From Nemertoderma westbladi (Eukaryota; Animalia; Xenacoelomorpha): a stretch of DNA of 34,065 nucleotides. The position numbers and the translations under genes were made by a program. Numbering within the stretch: the first letter of the stretch is position 1; each line of letters begins with the position of its first letter. The stretch is from the NCBI GenBank assembly GCA_032718475.1, contig JAUCBJ010005900.1:1-34065 (forward strand). Direction: 5' to 3'. The notes beneath the pieces were generated by a model that was given only the letters and a program-made list of their open reading frames with translations, searched no databases and was not told the origin of the DNA. Shown piece by piece: positions 1 to 11,589 of the stretch.

Positions 1-1
1 A

Positions 2-2629
2 ATTTGCCGTTATGGTAGACTTCCAAACCTGCATAATTCCGGACATATTCAACTTAGTTTGGAATTTGGGTTTTCCAGCAAAGATATCTTCGGCTAGTTC
101 TTGATCGATGAATGTTCCTGTGCTGCCGGAGTCAAGGAGGGCGCTCACAATGTAACTTTTGTTAGGACCGTGAACTCTTACCTGCACTACAGGAAATTCT
201 CTGATTCCTACGTTGGAAGTTGGAGCTTTCCAAGATGGTTGTCTGTCAAAGGTAGTTGGGGGGAACTCATTGTCGGTGTCCTTTTCGTAAGTAAGTGCTC
301 GATATACTGCGGTATTTATTAGGTAACAGGATTCGTTGGCGTCGGAGAATTCGTCAGTATAGAATCCTTCCATCTCAGACTCTTGATCAGTGTCATTTAC
401 ATCACTGAATTGGACATGTAGTTCGGGCTCACTTACCTGACTCGGGTTGTCTCGTTCGAATTCACTGTGTAATAAGATGTGATGTTTCGCGCCGCACTTT
501 GCACACTTTACGTCGGAGTAACAGGTTCGCCGTTGGTGTCCTGGTCTGAGGCAATTATAGCATAACCGCTTATCCCACATGACTTCACGTCTGTCTACCA
601 GGGATTTCTTTAGGAATTCAGCACATGCACTCAAACGGTGGGTCCCGTCGCACAGCGCACAATTTGGTTTGATGTTACTCACTTTACCTTGGGTAACGTT
701 ATGCACTCTCGTTCTTTCTTCGGGCTTTCTTCCGTACCTTCTGTTAGGAGACTGAGGAGGAGTCTTGGCAACCTGTTCTCTCCTATCGTTGGTTCGAGCC
801 TTGTATTTACTTACGTCTTTTGAGGTTTTGTTAACGTAGTAAAATTTGTCAGTGTCTTTTCCGCTGTCCTCTTCTTGAGAAGCTTGGCTTTCGCCGTCGT
901 CAGTGTAACACACTGGTGTTACTCTTCTCCTAGAAACGGGTTTCTCACTTACCTTATTTTCCGATGTTTTCTCTCTGGACTGCTTTATGAGTTGTAGTTT
1001 TACTTCACCATCTAAGAAGGACATGAGATCAGCCATGGTAGGGCCTCGTCGTTGCTGCTCATTCATATACAACACTTTCTTATCCCAGCGTGTACATACT
1101 CCACCCTTTGGTAAAGTAGAGACTACGGCTCCAATAACCATGGAACTCTGATATTCAAGAGACTTACCTAACCAGTCCAATTGCCTACAGATCTCCTGAA
1201 TCTCATCGGAAAACTCTATAATCCCGCTACTAAGGAAGTTTCGGGGGGCGACTAATTTTGCATACAAATACTTAGCTATGTTATCCTTGTTACCATACCT
1301 GGTGTTTAATGTATCCCAAACTTGTCTTAATCCGTCTGGATGTCCAATAAACTTTAACGCCATTAACTTGGGAGGTCCTTCCAAGCACTTGATGAGGAAT
1401 CTAAGTTTCTCTCCGTTAGATAGTACAGAGTTCTGTATGCTATCTTTGTAATATTCATTGAAAGGTAACCATTTCATCTCAACTCCATTGAATTTGACCG
1501 CTTGGCGGGCTTCTGTTCTAGCCATCTGACGCGTCAAGCTTTCTTGGGCCATCGTGTTATTTAATATCGAATTATCGGTATATAAATTTCTCGGATTATT
1601 ATCAGGTCTATAGGGAATATCATTAACAACAGGTTTATAATCACCCTTAATAGGGTTTGCTATAGGAGTTTCTACTTCACTAGCAGTATAGATGCGTGTA
1701 GGCTCCACACCTTGCGCATGTGATACTTCAGACCTAACAGGTTGACACAATGTTACAGGGGGTATTGGTATACCCTTTTGTATATTGACTAATTTGTCGC
1801 GTTCTAGCGCGATGCTTTGCTGCACTTCTTGCAATTCTACCCTACTTTCCCTCACTGTTCCTTTGAGTTGGTGGACAGTCTCCTGCATCTGTCCGAGCAG
1901 GAGATTCATCCCCCGCCGTCCCTCCTCTACCCACTCGACCACCGAAGCGGGAGTCGCCAACATTGTAGCGGGCCGACGCGGGACGACGGGAGACAAATCT
2001 TTGATTTCTCTCTCAGTGTCCAGGACAGGGATATTCGCATGGACTGTTCTACCGGGTACAGGCAGTGTAGTACTGTGTAGAGGGAATTTAGAGTTAAGCT
2101 CTGGAAGTACAGGGGTCTCTAGCACAGGAGTGGCTTTGGGAACGACAGGCCTAATTATTTCAGGCTCATCAACTATCGTAGGGAGTCTTTTGACCTTAAT
2201 AATTTGGTCTGTGGGTTCTGTACTACCTAAGTCTGTGCTAGCTAGTTGTCTTCTAACCGCTGGGGGCAAATCAGGCAATTTGTGACGGTGAGATGTTTTT
2301 CTACGCCTGCTTAGACGAGATCTATTTCCTCCGCCTTCAGGATCGGTGGTCTCGCCTTCCTCCGATGATGTGTATCCTTGGCGCTTGGGAGTAGATCGAC
2401 TCATCATCTGCATTTGACTAGCAGTTAACTGTTTATTTATGCAGTCTTGCGTCTCTTGCAGATTATCCAACTCCAGTTGGGTAGTCTCCTCAGACGCTCT
2501 TCGTTCTGCTTCTGCCACTGCCTTTGCCGCCTTTCTTTCCGCTTCTGCTTCTGCCATTGCCACTGCTACTGCTGCTGCCTTTCGGTCCTCTATCCGTTTT
2601 TTCTTTACTTGTTCTTCCTGGACTCTTTT
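2..2629 (-). CDS. BEL/Pao Gag-Pol polyprotein, Gag core + zinc knuckles + aspartic protease (3'-partial)
   Basis: Codons at 2627, 1469 (Trp), 551 (Cys) and 131 (catalytic Asp) share one frame. It is absent from the ORF track, consistent with an open frame that has no stop before the window edge. Confidence 0.88.
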
Positions 2630-3744
2630 TCATCAAATTTAGCTTGGTTTGCAGCTAACATTTCCGCATCGATTGAGTCCAACACAAGCTTGGCTCCTTC
2701 ACTATTGGGGCGAAGTCCAGCCAGTCGTCTCCTCAACTCTTCATCACCTAGGAAACGTTGATAGTCTGACAGATAGATGTCTATGGCGTCTCTCGTTCGC
2801 GGTCTCTCTGCGGTCACTTCGCTTTCCACTTGAGAAAAGGTGGCATCGGTTGATTCTTCATAGGTTGGTCGCTCAGTCAGCTGGGATTTCCACTGGGCCA
2901 TTTCTTGTACTTTGAGACCTACCCGCTGGAACCAAGTCTTGACAGCAACTTGCAGTGACGTGTCCTGTCTTCTTTTGGAAGTTTCATCAAAGGCTGATAG
3001 GATTAGTCTAATGCGTAGGGTTCTTTCGCGTACTTGATATAGCAGCTCTTCCTGCTCTTGAGGTCCTTGGGGTTGTCGAAACAGTTGTTCTTCTAATCGC
3101 TCTAAGGAGCCGAAGAATCCCTGCACATATCCTGCTGCTGACCTCTTCCAAACAGCTGGATCCATCGTATCTTTAGTCACTCCCATCCTGTGTATGTCTT
3201 CCCAAGTAGCTTCGGACAAATCTAACGGGAATCCGGGTCCGGGAAAGCTCCATTGCGACTCGACAATAGACATCAATTCTTCCCTGGCGTATCCTGCATA
3301 ACTATCTTGGGTCGCTCGCTTACTTCTCGCCCAATCGACTTGGTGTTCCTCCACCGCGATCAATATAGTAGTTAGTACTGCGGCAGGAAGGGTGAGAAGG
3401 GGATCCGAATAGGCTGTAGCCGCTATCTTCACTCCGCGTTCGGGGGTCAGCTCTACAGTATCCGAACTACTGGAGCTATCGGGTCGCTGGGAACGAGTTT
3501 CTTGATTAGGATGTTGCTGCTGTTGGACAGCTGCTTCTTGGTTCCGTTTGACCTGGGCCCGAGTGCCGATGATAGACCTACGGTGTTGGATTAGCCTAGG
3601 GTCTGATACTACTACTGGAGGGATGACTTTTCTTTCAGTAGGAGGTGAGCTGAACCCCTTTCTTAATCGCTCCACACTCCTATCTGTGTCACAGATGGTT
3701 GTATCGATTAGACTGTCTGACAGGTTTTGCTTTGTGTCAGACAT
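2605..3744 (-). CDS. N-terminal part of the BEL/Pao Gag, separated from the rest by a 1-nt frameshift
   Basis: 379-aa ORF from ATG 3744. One extra A in the A5 run (2626-2630) joins ...KFDEK to RVQEEQVKKKRIED... and gives a continuous charged, helical-looking sequence. Confidence 0.75.
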   Translation of the reverse strand: MSDTKQNLSDSLIDTTICDTDRSVERLRKGFSSPPTERKVIPPVVVSDPRLIQHRRSIIGTRAQVKRNQEAAVQQQQHPNQETRSQRPDSSSSSDTVELTPERGVKIAATAYSDPLLTLPAAVLTTILIAVEEHQVDWARSKRATQDSYAGYAREELMSIVESQWSFPGPGFPLDLSEATWEDIHRMGVTKDTMDPAVWKRSAAGYVQGFFGSLERLEEQLFRQPQGPQEQEELLYQVRERTLRIRLILSAFDETSKRRQDTSLQVAVKTWFQRVGLKVQEMAQWKSQLTERPTYEESTDATFSQVESEVTAERPRTRDAIDIYLSDYQRFLGDEELRRRLAGLRPNSEGAKLVLDSIDAEMLAANQAKFDEKESRKNK

Positions 3745-3825
3745 ACTTAGCTATACAGTTGAATGCTTACTGCTATAGTTACAGTTAAAGCAAGTCTAGT
3801 AATTCAGTATGACCGTTGGCCTAGT

Positions 3826-4098
3826 ACCGGTAATTAATTACAATATATTAGAATACCGGTATACACTTATAGTATATATAAGTATGGTAGACTAGGTTTG
3901 TCACAGAATACCGGTATATAATTTTAGCACAAATATATATAAATATATAATAGGCCTATCGTGAATACCGGTATGCAGCTTACACTTATAGTATATATAA
4001 GTATAATTATGAACTAGAATTAATTACAGAATACCGGTATGATTTCAGCCCAAATTTATAGAAATAAATATAATAAGCCTATGGTAAATACCGCTATG
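3826..4098. repeat. Degenerate ~110-125 bp tandem duplication rich in TACCGGTA palindromes
   Basis: GAATACCGGTAT recurs at ~3851, 3906, 3963 and 4029. TACACTTATAGTATATATAAGTAT occurs twice. Confidence 0.7.
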
Positions 4099-5094
4099 TC
4101 AATTATTTTAGAATAATTGAATTTCTGAATTTTAAAGGTTACTTAGTTACTTTAACTTACTTTATTACCGTTATTTAAGCAGTAGTCCAACTGATATTGA
4201 GACCTAATTGTTGTATGGCAGGCCTACTATTTATAAATCGTTTGAGTTGATTTATAATATATATATACCCGTTTAAAATGGGTTTTGTCAATATTTGAAA
4301 TAAATGTTATTATTTCTGGGGGGAGTCACTACACAGAAGCTGTGCGCTCTCAGTGAAGTGCTACTTATTGGACACTAAAACAGATAATTCTAATTTACCT
4401 AAGTTACTTAATACTACAAATTACGTACGATACAGGTGAGATTAATTCTCTAATTAAAACACAACAAAATATTACGTACGAAATTTTAGGGTAATTTTAC
4501 AGGGAAACTACAAACCAGTCTAACAAAGGGTTAGAACTTCTGGTTATTACAACAGACAGGATACGACGGTATTTGAGAATAATAAAGCAGTAGTCAATAT
4601 ACTGCGTTGTCCAGATAGGAAAAATACCACCGTCTGACGACCTATAGCCGTATCGCTATAGGTACTACGTTATGTATCACGGAGTGTTCCTACCTAGAAG
4701 TTAATTACCGCGGACTACCAGATCCAACGTGCCTATTAACCACTTTACAACACAATACACTGCCTACACACTAATTACTTTCGGAAAGCACTGTACACCA
4801 AACCCTAAATTAGGTACAAGTACTTATTAAAACAGATAACTAGCAGTTAAATATACTTGAACAGTTAAAAGAACCACGGCATCTGCTGGAGTGACCGGAG
4901 CACAAACTCACCAGTCTTTACCTACGCCAAGCAGCCCGTGTAGTACCGGGGTTAATTTAACTATAACGGTATGTGTAACAAGCACAATTACTGTAGGAAT
5001 AAACTTGGGGACATGAATGTTGCGAATAATCGCATAAACTCTGAATAATAAATATTACGCTACGCGTACAGAATACTCAAACAAAATACAAACC

Positions 5095-5622
5095 AAAACG
5101 CTGGCAGACTACCATCAAGCCTAAATAAACTACAGTATGTGCAGATTCCAAAATGGTTAGTTAGTATGCGTTCTAACACGGTAGTACAACTTATTCTTTA
5201 GGAGGGGGTTGACCTTACAACTCAAGATGCCCCAACTTACTAACTGGCACTTTATCGGACAGACTCTACACACGCCGCAATCTCTCCAGACCTAATAATA
5301 GCTAGACAACAATCCAGCCTACAAAATATCTGAGTAATAACTATTACGGTACCTGAACAGACCACACAAACAAACACAGGCTAAAACGGTGGCAGACTAC
5401 TATCAAGCCTAAATAAACTACAGTATATGCAGATTCCAAAATGGTTAGTTAGTATGCGTTCTAACACGGTAGTACGACTTATTCTTTAGGAGGGGGTTGA
5501 CCTTACAACTCAAGATGCCCCAACTTACTAACTGGCACTTTATCGGACAGACTCTACACACGCCGCAATCTCTCCAGACCCAACAACAGTCAGACAACAG
5601 TCCAGCCTACAATTATCTGAAC
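5095..5622. repeat. ~240-bp direct duplication (period 288) in the retrotransposon leader
   Basis: AAAACG(C/G)TGGCAGACTAC...TCTCTCCAGACC...TCCAGCCTACAA is near-identical at 5095 and 5383. Confidence 0.9.
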
Positions 5623-5796
5623 AATCTGAGCAGACTTACACGTCTTCAGCTCAATATTAACTTACATGTAAATAAAACCGACAGAAATAAGTAAAATCTC
5701 AATAAAAAACCAGGGCGGCCGTTCCCTGATTAAGTACTAAGACCTACCGGTATACAATAATCAAAATCGAATAATACTAATGTACTTATACTGGAA

Positions 5797-5961
5797 GTAC
5801 CGGTTAGGACAGTTGGGCCTACAGACCTACATCAGTACCGGTTCAGGCAGTTAGGCCTACGGACCTACAGCAGTACCGGTTTAAGCAGTTGGGCCTATGG
5901 ACCTACAGCAGTACCGATTCTGGCAGTTGGGCCTACGGACCTACAGCAGTACCGGTTCAGG
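5797..5961. repeat. 38-bp tandem repeat, ~4.3 copies
   Basis: GTACCG at 5797, 5835, 5873, 5911 and 5949. Consensus is approximately GTACCGGTTCAGGCAGTTGGGCCTACGGACCTACAGCA. Confidence 0.9.
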
Positions 5962-6972
5962 TTTACCGGTCGACCGGTACTTTCAACTTTATTGCTTACT
6001 GCAATAAAGAAGATAACTGTTATTGTACGCGCTTTTGAAGACCTTTAGCAGTTTAACCTGCCAAAATTTATATGTCTTTTGGTTTATAAATAGACTTTAA
6101 CATATGACAAGTATTTAATACCAATAAACACAACATTAGCCGAAGCCAGCCTAGTGCGCGTCCATTCACCCGCTGGATATACCCGGGAGACTGGATTCGG
6201 AGGGCTTAGATTTTTATTGCAGTGTAAGCTTACTGTATTATTCGATTGATCGTTAATAAATAATTTCTGACCAATATTATTCACTTTCGGGAAATATTAA
6301 CAGTTCCTTTAGGACGTGGCGCTCTATCTAGGTAAACAAAGATATGACTTCTACTAAACACAACGGTAAGACGGTAAGGCTTATGATTCACGTATGAGGC
6401 GCATTCTTTAGGAAATGCTTAGTTATCAGCCACAATCATGCACACTACCGGTAACGCACAATACTGCACACTAATCTGCCGACCGTCAATGAATTTTATC
6501 ATACATAAAGAGAACAGCAATTGACTCATGTAGTGCCTATCAAATAGCATTAAATTCACTACAAACCACGATAATATAAGTCGCAATCGCTATATGTAAC
6601 CTGTCTCTCTAACCTGTAGTGTATCAAGAAAATTGGGAAATTTGGGTTATTTATCGATGTTCTCCAAGTAATAATATTCAACCAACTGATACAAATAATG
6701 ACAACAGTAAATAGCAGTATAATAATGTATGTTGAACCGGGTTGTACTGGGTTGTAAGACTGATTGAACTGATAACAGTTATACGTTCTATAATCTAAGC
6801 CTACTAATGTTTCTTCTAAAGTCTGAAACGAATTGACTCCAGAGCCGGTGTTCTTGGCCTAGATAGAAACAACAAAACTATAACACTGTAAGACTATAAG
6901 ACTGAACACTCCTAGCACGATCTGTAGAATATCTCCACATCGACAGTAAAAATCTCCCTGATTGGCTGTTAA

Positions 6973-6988
6973 GCTGAACAAAGAACCA
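6973..6988 (-). promoter_or_regulatory. Candidate primer-binding site
   Basis: The minus strand reads ...GGACACA|TGGTTCTTTGTTCAGC, i.e. an LTR-like ACA end followed directly by TGG. The primer tRNA was not identified. Confidence 0.5.
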
Positions 6989-7260
6989 TGTGTCCAACGG
7001 CCGTTTCCATGCCAGCAACCAGCTGTTAGATGTCGTAATCTGAATCATCAAGGCTACACTGTGCTAGAGGATTTGACGCATTGCGGGTTTTGTGCCTTGC
7101 CATGTCCGCCAAAGCACACATATAGAAGAATGACTTTTATGTCCGTTAAAACACCCACACGGTACTTTGCGGGCAAGGGGACTGATTATATCCGCAAAAG
7201 CTTTTACAGGGTGGGTTGTATCCATGTGCCTGTGGCACTAGTTCGACTTATTTGAAGACA
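6989..7260 (-). repeat. Candidate 5' LTR (~272 bp)
   Basis: TGT...ACA termini, adjacent to the PBS-like TGG and GC-richer than its flanks. The partner LTR is outside the window, so the 7260 end is unverified. Confidence 0.42.
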
Positions 7261-7584
7261 TTTGATGCATGCAGGAAGTTCTTTCTTCAGTCATTATTGT
7301 TCTTCATTATTGTGTTATATTGTTATAAATTTCATTGTGATGCATCGCGAAGGCTCAAAATTGTAACCCCCCTGGGATCCGTCAAGATATCGATGAAATT
7401 TAGAGAAATTTTTTTGCCTTAATTTTTTACCATTTGGCAAGTTTTGTGCACCGGTAGAACAATGAAATCGAAAAAAAAAGTGAAAAACGTACCGCCCTAA
7501 TGCATATGTGTTATCTGGACACAGTAATTATTTGAATCTTTATATTTGTTGCGAAAATCTTTCTTTGTAAAACGAGTAACAAAA

Positions 7585-8241
7585 ATGAAAGTTATTGTAG
7601 TTCCTTATGTTTCATTTACCTTAGCAGCTATGCACACTTCGTATGCTGGCTTCGAATGTCCAGAACGTAGAAACTGGACAATCTCCTCAAAAAATGAGGA
7701 GTTACAAAATGTATACAGAAGCCGAGTGGATAGGTTTACCGAAAGCAATAGAATCGGCGAGTTCGAGTCTAGTAATCCTTCTTGCAGTCGGTGTGGATAT
7801 ATATCGATATATTTCACTGGGTATTCCCATAAATACAAGGACGACGTGACCTTTGAAATAGAGGAAACCCACTGCTACAACTGGCTGAGCAGTTATTGCT
7901 TACCGATGGCCGAAGAAGGTTGTGTTTATATGTGGAGAACTGTCCTCCCTAATTCTGAGCCAGATACACGCGAGGAAGCCAAGGAGGCGACCACCCGCCT
8001 CTTTGGTTTTCTGCTCTATTACGATTACCTCCAGCTTTCTCTGACAATAACGCACGAAACTTGCCAATCTCAGTGCTGCGACACCGGCCCTTGTCCGCCT
8101 CCAAAATGGAACCACGACATTACCACCACAACCGCATATACAATGGAAAAGAACACGACCACGGAAGATAAGAGTTCGGCTGATGTCAATAAAGTGGCAA
8201 TGTGGCTGGTAGTTGTTGGTATGGTTCTCAGAAGTTTCTAG
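7585..8241 (+). CDS. Intronless secreted/GPI-anchored Cys-rich protein (218 aa), possibly a divergent Ly6/uPAR three-finger-like protein
   Basis: AAAATG at 7585; hydrophobic N-terminus (MKVIVVPYVSFTLAAMHTSYA); 10 Cys ending CQSQCCDTGPC; Thr-rich stalk; SSA followed by the hydrophobic C-terminus VAMWLVVVGMVL. Confidence 0.75.
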   Translation: MKVIVVPYVSFTLAAMHTSYAGFECPERRNWTISSKNEELQNVYRSRVDRFTESNRIGEFESSNPSCSRCGYISIYFTGYSHKYKDDVTFEIEETHCYNWLSSYCLPMAEEGCVYMWRTVLPNSEPDTREEAKEATTRLFGFLLYYDYLQLSLTITHETCQSQCCDTGPCPPPKWNHDITTTTAYTMEKNTTTEDKSSADVNKVAMWLVVVGMVLRSF

Positions 8242-8601
8242 AACACAGACAGACAATGAAACGGTCAAACTAGTAGGATATATATCTAAGGTGACAGAAT
8301 ATATTTATTTATACACATTAATCCTTAAAAGAAATGAATGATTACTGATATATTTCAAATTTCATCAGAGAATCTTACTGTTTAGTATCCATTAGATGGT
8401 ATATTTTTTTATCCAAAAATGGCCTAAGACCTACAGTACAGTACTTCAATATAACCAATGCAATCATAATTTTCTATGTACGGGCGCAGGTGAACCAGAG
8501 TAAGTAAATCCATAGGAATTTATTAACTCACTGTAATTGAAATCCCTATTGACACAAGTTGCGTTCAACAACGAGAGACTGCCAAAATCCGCGTTGAATC
8601 A

Positions 8602-9495
8602 TGCCGTGCCGTGCCGTGCCGTGCCGTGCCGTGCCGTGCCGTGCCGTGCCGTGCCGTGCCGTGCCGTGCCGTGCCGTGCCGTGCCGTGCCGTGCCGTGCC
8701 GTGCCGTGCCGTGCCGTGCCGTGCCGTGCCGTGCCGTGCCGTGCCGTGCCGTGCCGTGCCGTGCCGTGCCGTGCCGTGCCGTGCCGTGCCGTGCCGTGCC
8801 GTGCCGTGCCGTGCCGTGCCGTGCCGTGCCGTGCCGTGCCGTGCCGTGCCGTGCCGTGCCGTGCCGTGCCGTGCCGTGCCGTGCCGTGCCGTGCCGTGCC
8901 GTGCCGTGCCGTGCCGTGCCGTGCCGTGCCGTGCCGTGCCGTGCCGTGCCGTGCCGTGCCGTGCCGTGCCGTGCCGTGCCGTGCCGTGCCGTGCCGTGCC
9001 GTGCCGTGCCGTGCCGTGCCGTGCCGTGCCGTGCCGTGCCGTGCCGTGCCGTGCCGTGCCGTGCCGTGCCGTGCCGTGCCGTGCCGTGCCGTGCCGTGCC
9101 GTGCCGTGCCGTGCCGTGCCGTGCCGTGCCGTGCCGTGCCGTGCCGTGCCGTGCCGTGCCGTGCCGTGCCGTGCCGTGCCGTGCCGTGCCGTGCCGTGCC
9201 GTGCCGTGCCGTGCCGTGCCGTGCCGTGCCGTGCCGTGCCGTGCCGTGCCGTGCCGTGCCGTGCCGTGCCGTGCCGTGCCGTGCCGTGCCGTGCCGTGCC
9301 GTGCCGTGCCGTGCCGTGCCGTGCCGTGCCGTGCCGTGCCGTGCCGTGCCGTGCCGTGCCGTGCCGTGCCGTGCCGTGCCGTGCCGTGCCGTGCCGTGCC
9401 GTGCCGTGCCGTGCCGTGCCGTGCCGTGCCGTGCCGTGCCGTGCCGTGCCGTGCCGTGCCGTGCCGTGCCGTGCCGTGCCGTGCCGTGCCGTGCC
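8602..9495. repeat. (GTGCC)n microsatellite, 178 perfect units
   Basis: Uninterrupted pentamer at 8606-9495. Confidence 0.99.
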
Positions 9496-9559
9496 CGACT
9501 CAACGATAAAGATGTAATGTACAGAACAATTTATTATAAAACTTAATTACAGTATAAAT

Positions 9560-11585
9560 AGTAAATAATTAATAATCTAATAACTTACTGTAGGACTATT
9601 GTACATATTTTTACATTGTACACGGAGGTGAGATTTAACTGCACATTTAAAAGAATGTTGATTATCTAGATTTTTAATTTCATTAGGCAGAGCGTTCCAA
9701 TTTTTAATGCCGTTAAAAAAGAAAGTATCAGATTCAAAGGATTTACAATTCGGGAGGTAGAAGTTTGAAGCACTAGCTCTGGTACTGTAAGAGTGTGTAT
9801 CGCGTACTCTGTTGAATTTTTGTTTTAGGTAATTGGGACACACTTACCATTATACACTTTATGCACATGGTTAAGGCGTAGCTGCTTAACTCTACTATCT
9901 AAGTTAAGTAGTCCAGATTCAGAAAAGTCATCTGGAGTTAGGTGGTGCCTAGGTTTGTAGTCTTTAATGAATCGTACTACTTTATTCTGAGCTACTTGTA
10001 ATTTACATTTAAGCTGTTTGGTTAAGCCTTCATACCAAGAAGAGCACGCATAGTCCATGTGACACTCACTGTATTAAAGAAGAGCAAAGTAACTTGAGGG
10101 AGTCGGTGTTTAAACTATTAATTATTATTTCTGTATAGAAACCTAAGCCTACTGTTAACTTTCGAGAAAATATTTTTCACTGTACTTTCTCCTGATAAGC
10201 AGTTATCCAATGTGGCGCCTAAATATTTAACTTCCTTTTTATTTTCAATCTTATGTCCATTACTAGTGACTTCAAACTTAGTTACCTTCTTTAACTTTCT
10301 TTTGGAACCAAACAAAATACTTTCAGTCTTACCGTAGTGAATGGATAGCTTATTGTCAACCAACCACTCATTACAGGATTCTAGAACTTCACTTAACTTT
10401 TGGGAAATATGGATAGGATCTTTATGAGAGAAAATAAGAGCACTGTCGTCGGCATATAAAATGAGTTTAAAATCGGGATCTATACTACTTATCATATCAT
10501 TTACATAGCATACAAAAAGCAGAGGACATAATATACTACCTTGCGGTACACCACAGGTAATCTCTTGTACAGTAGACTGCGATTTGCTAATGACTACAGT
10601 TTGACCTCTGTCTGACAGGTAGGACTTGAACCAGTCTATAGAACCTACACCCATCAGGCCTAACTTACCAAGCAGAATTTCGTGATCTACAGTATCGAAA
10701 GCATTTTGTAGGTCCAACATTACCATACTGGTATATAAACCCTTTGCGTTATTACATCTAATTGTATCAGTTAAGTTAATAAGGCAGGTGTCTGGAGAAT
10801 ATGATTTACGAAAACCGGACTGAAGTTCATAGATCAGATTTAGCCTACTAAGATGTGCTTCCAGCTGTACAAAAACAGAACGTTCTAGAATTTTAGATAC
10901 AATACTTAAGATAATAACAGGTCTGTAATTACAGGGTTCTACTTTACTATTCTTTTTATACAGAGGAACAACCTTAGCTAATTTCAGTTCGTCTGGTACT
11001 ACATTATCTACGATAGAGTAATTAATAATAAAAGTAATAGCAGGCACTTTAAGTACTTCAGCACCATCCTTAAGAAAACGGGCAGGTATTAGGTCTAGAC
11101 CGGTACTTTTTGAGGCTGATAGGCTAAGTAGATTTTGAAAAACGAAATCCTCAGAAACGGGTTTTAAAAATAACTTTTCTAAATTTTGTAACTTTTCTAA
11201 ATAAAAATTATTTAGAGTTTCGGACCCTATACAATATTTATTACTTGATAACGGTAACTTCTTAACTAAATTAGAGGCAACATTAGTAAAATAATTATTA
11301 AATAAATTACTAACTAGAGTATGATCATGAATCAGCTCACCGTTATCTTGCAGAACAATATTCGATTTAGATTGAAGGTTTTTATAACCTAAAGATTTTA
11401 GGGTAGACCATAGGCTTTTAGGATTATCTTTATTCTCACTTATTTTGTTGTACAAATATTCAGATTTAGATTTTTTATTTCCCGTTGGACAAGGTTTCTA
11501 TATTTGCAGTAATTATTATAATCAGCTAAAACACGGTATTTCCTAAATTTATACAAATAGTTATCTCTTTCTCTGATATTACTAG
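9560..11585 (-). mobile_element. Decayed, 5'-truncated L2/CR1-group LINE (Crack/Daphne-like) ORF2 with reverse transcriptase
   Basis: NYRPV, QSGFR, LDLQNAFDTVDH, GVPQGSIL, YADD, KYLG, then LLCSSLIQ/CHMDYACSSWY, QNKVVRFI and GIKNWNALP...FK. Frameshifts near 11470, 10120, 10068 and 9840. No endonuclease domain seen. Confidence 0.92.
10118..11455 (-). pseudogene. LINE reverse transcriptase domain (largest remaining open frame)
   Basis: 445-aa ORF with canonical non-LTR RT motifs, bounded by frameshifts. Confidence 0.9.
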
Positions 11586-11589
11586 GATC

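Larger units (their letters stand above)
1..7260 (-). mobile_element. BEL/Pao LTR retrotransposon, 5' part (candidate LTR, long leader, gag-protease); continues beyond the left edge
   Basis: Minus-strand translation gives a DUF1759-like Gag segment (KFNGVEMKWLPF...LSNGEKLRFLIKCLEG...WDTLNTRYG, ~1290-1500), three Cys-His motifs (CALCDGTHRLSAC; CYNCLRPGHQRRTC; CAKCGAKHHILLH, ~465-662) and ALLDSGS (D at 131-133). This order is typical of BEL/Pao. The right boundary is tentative. Confidence 0.9.

Noticed and set aside
101-3778. Plus-strand ORFs (101, 638, 1785, 1817, 2439, 2447, 2649, 3548)
   Set aside because: Antisense shadows of the minus-strand gag-protease frame.
7605-8268. ORFs at 7605 (-), 7643 (+) and 7900 (-)
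   Set aside because: They overlap the better-supported 7585-8241 gene and have no features of their own.
8537-9546. Four 300-aa ORFs (AVPCR / ARHGT repeats)
   Set aside because: Artefacts of a stop-free pentanucleotide microsatellite.
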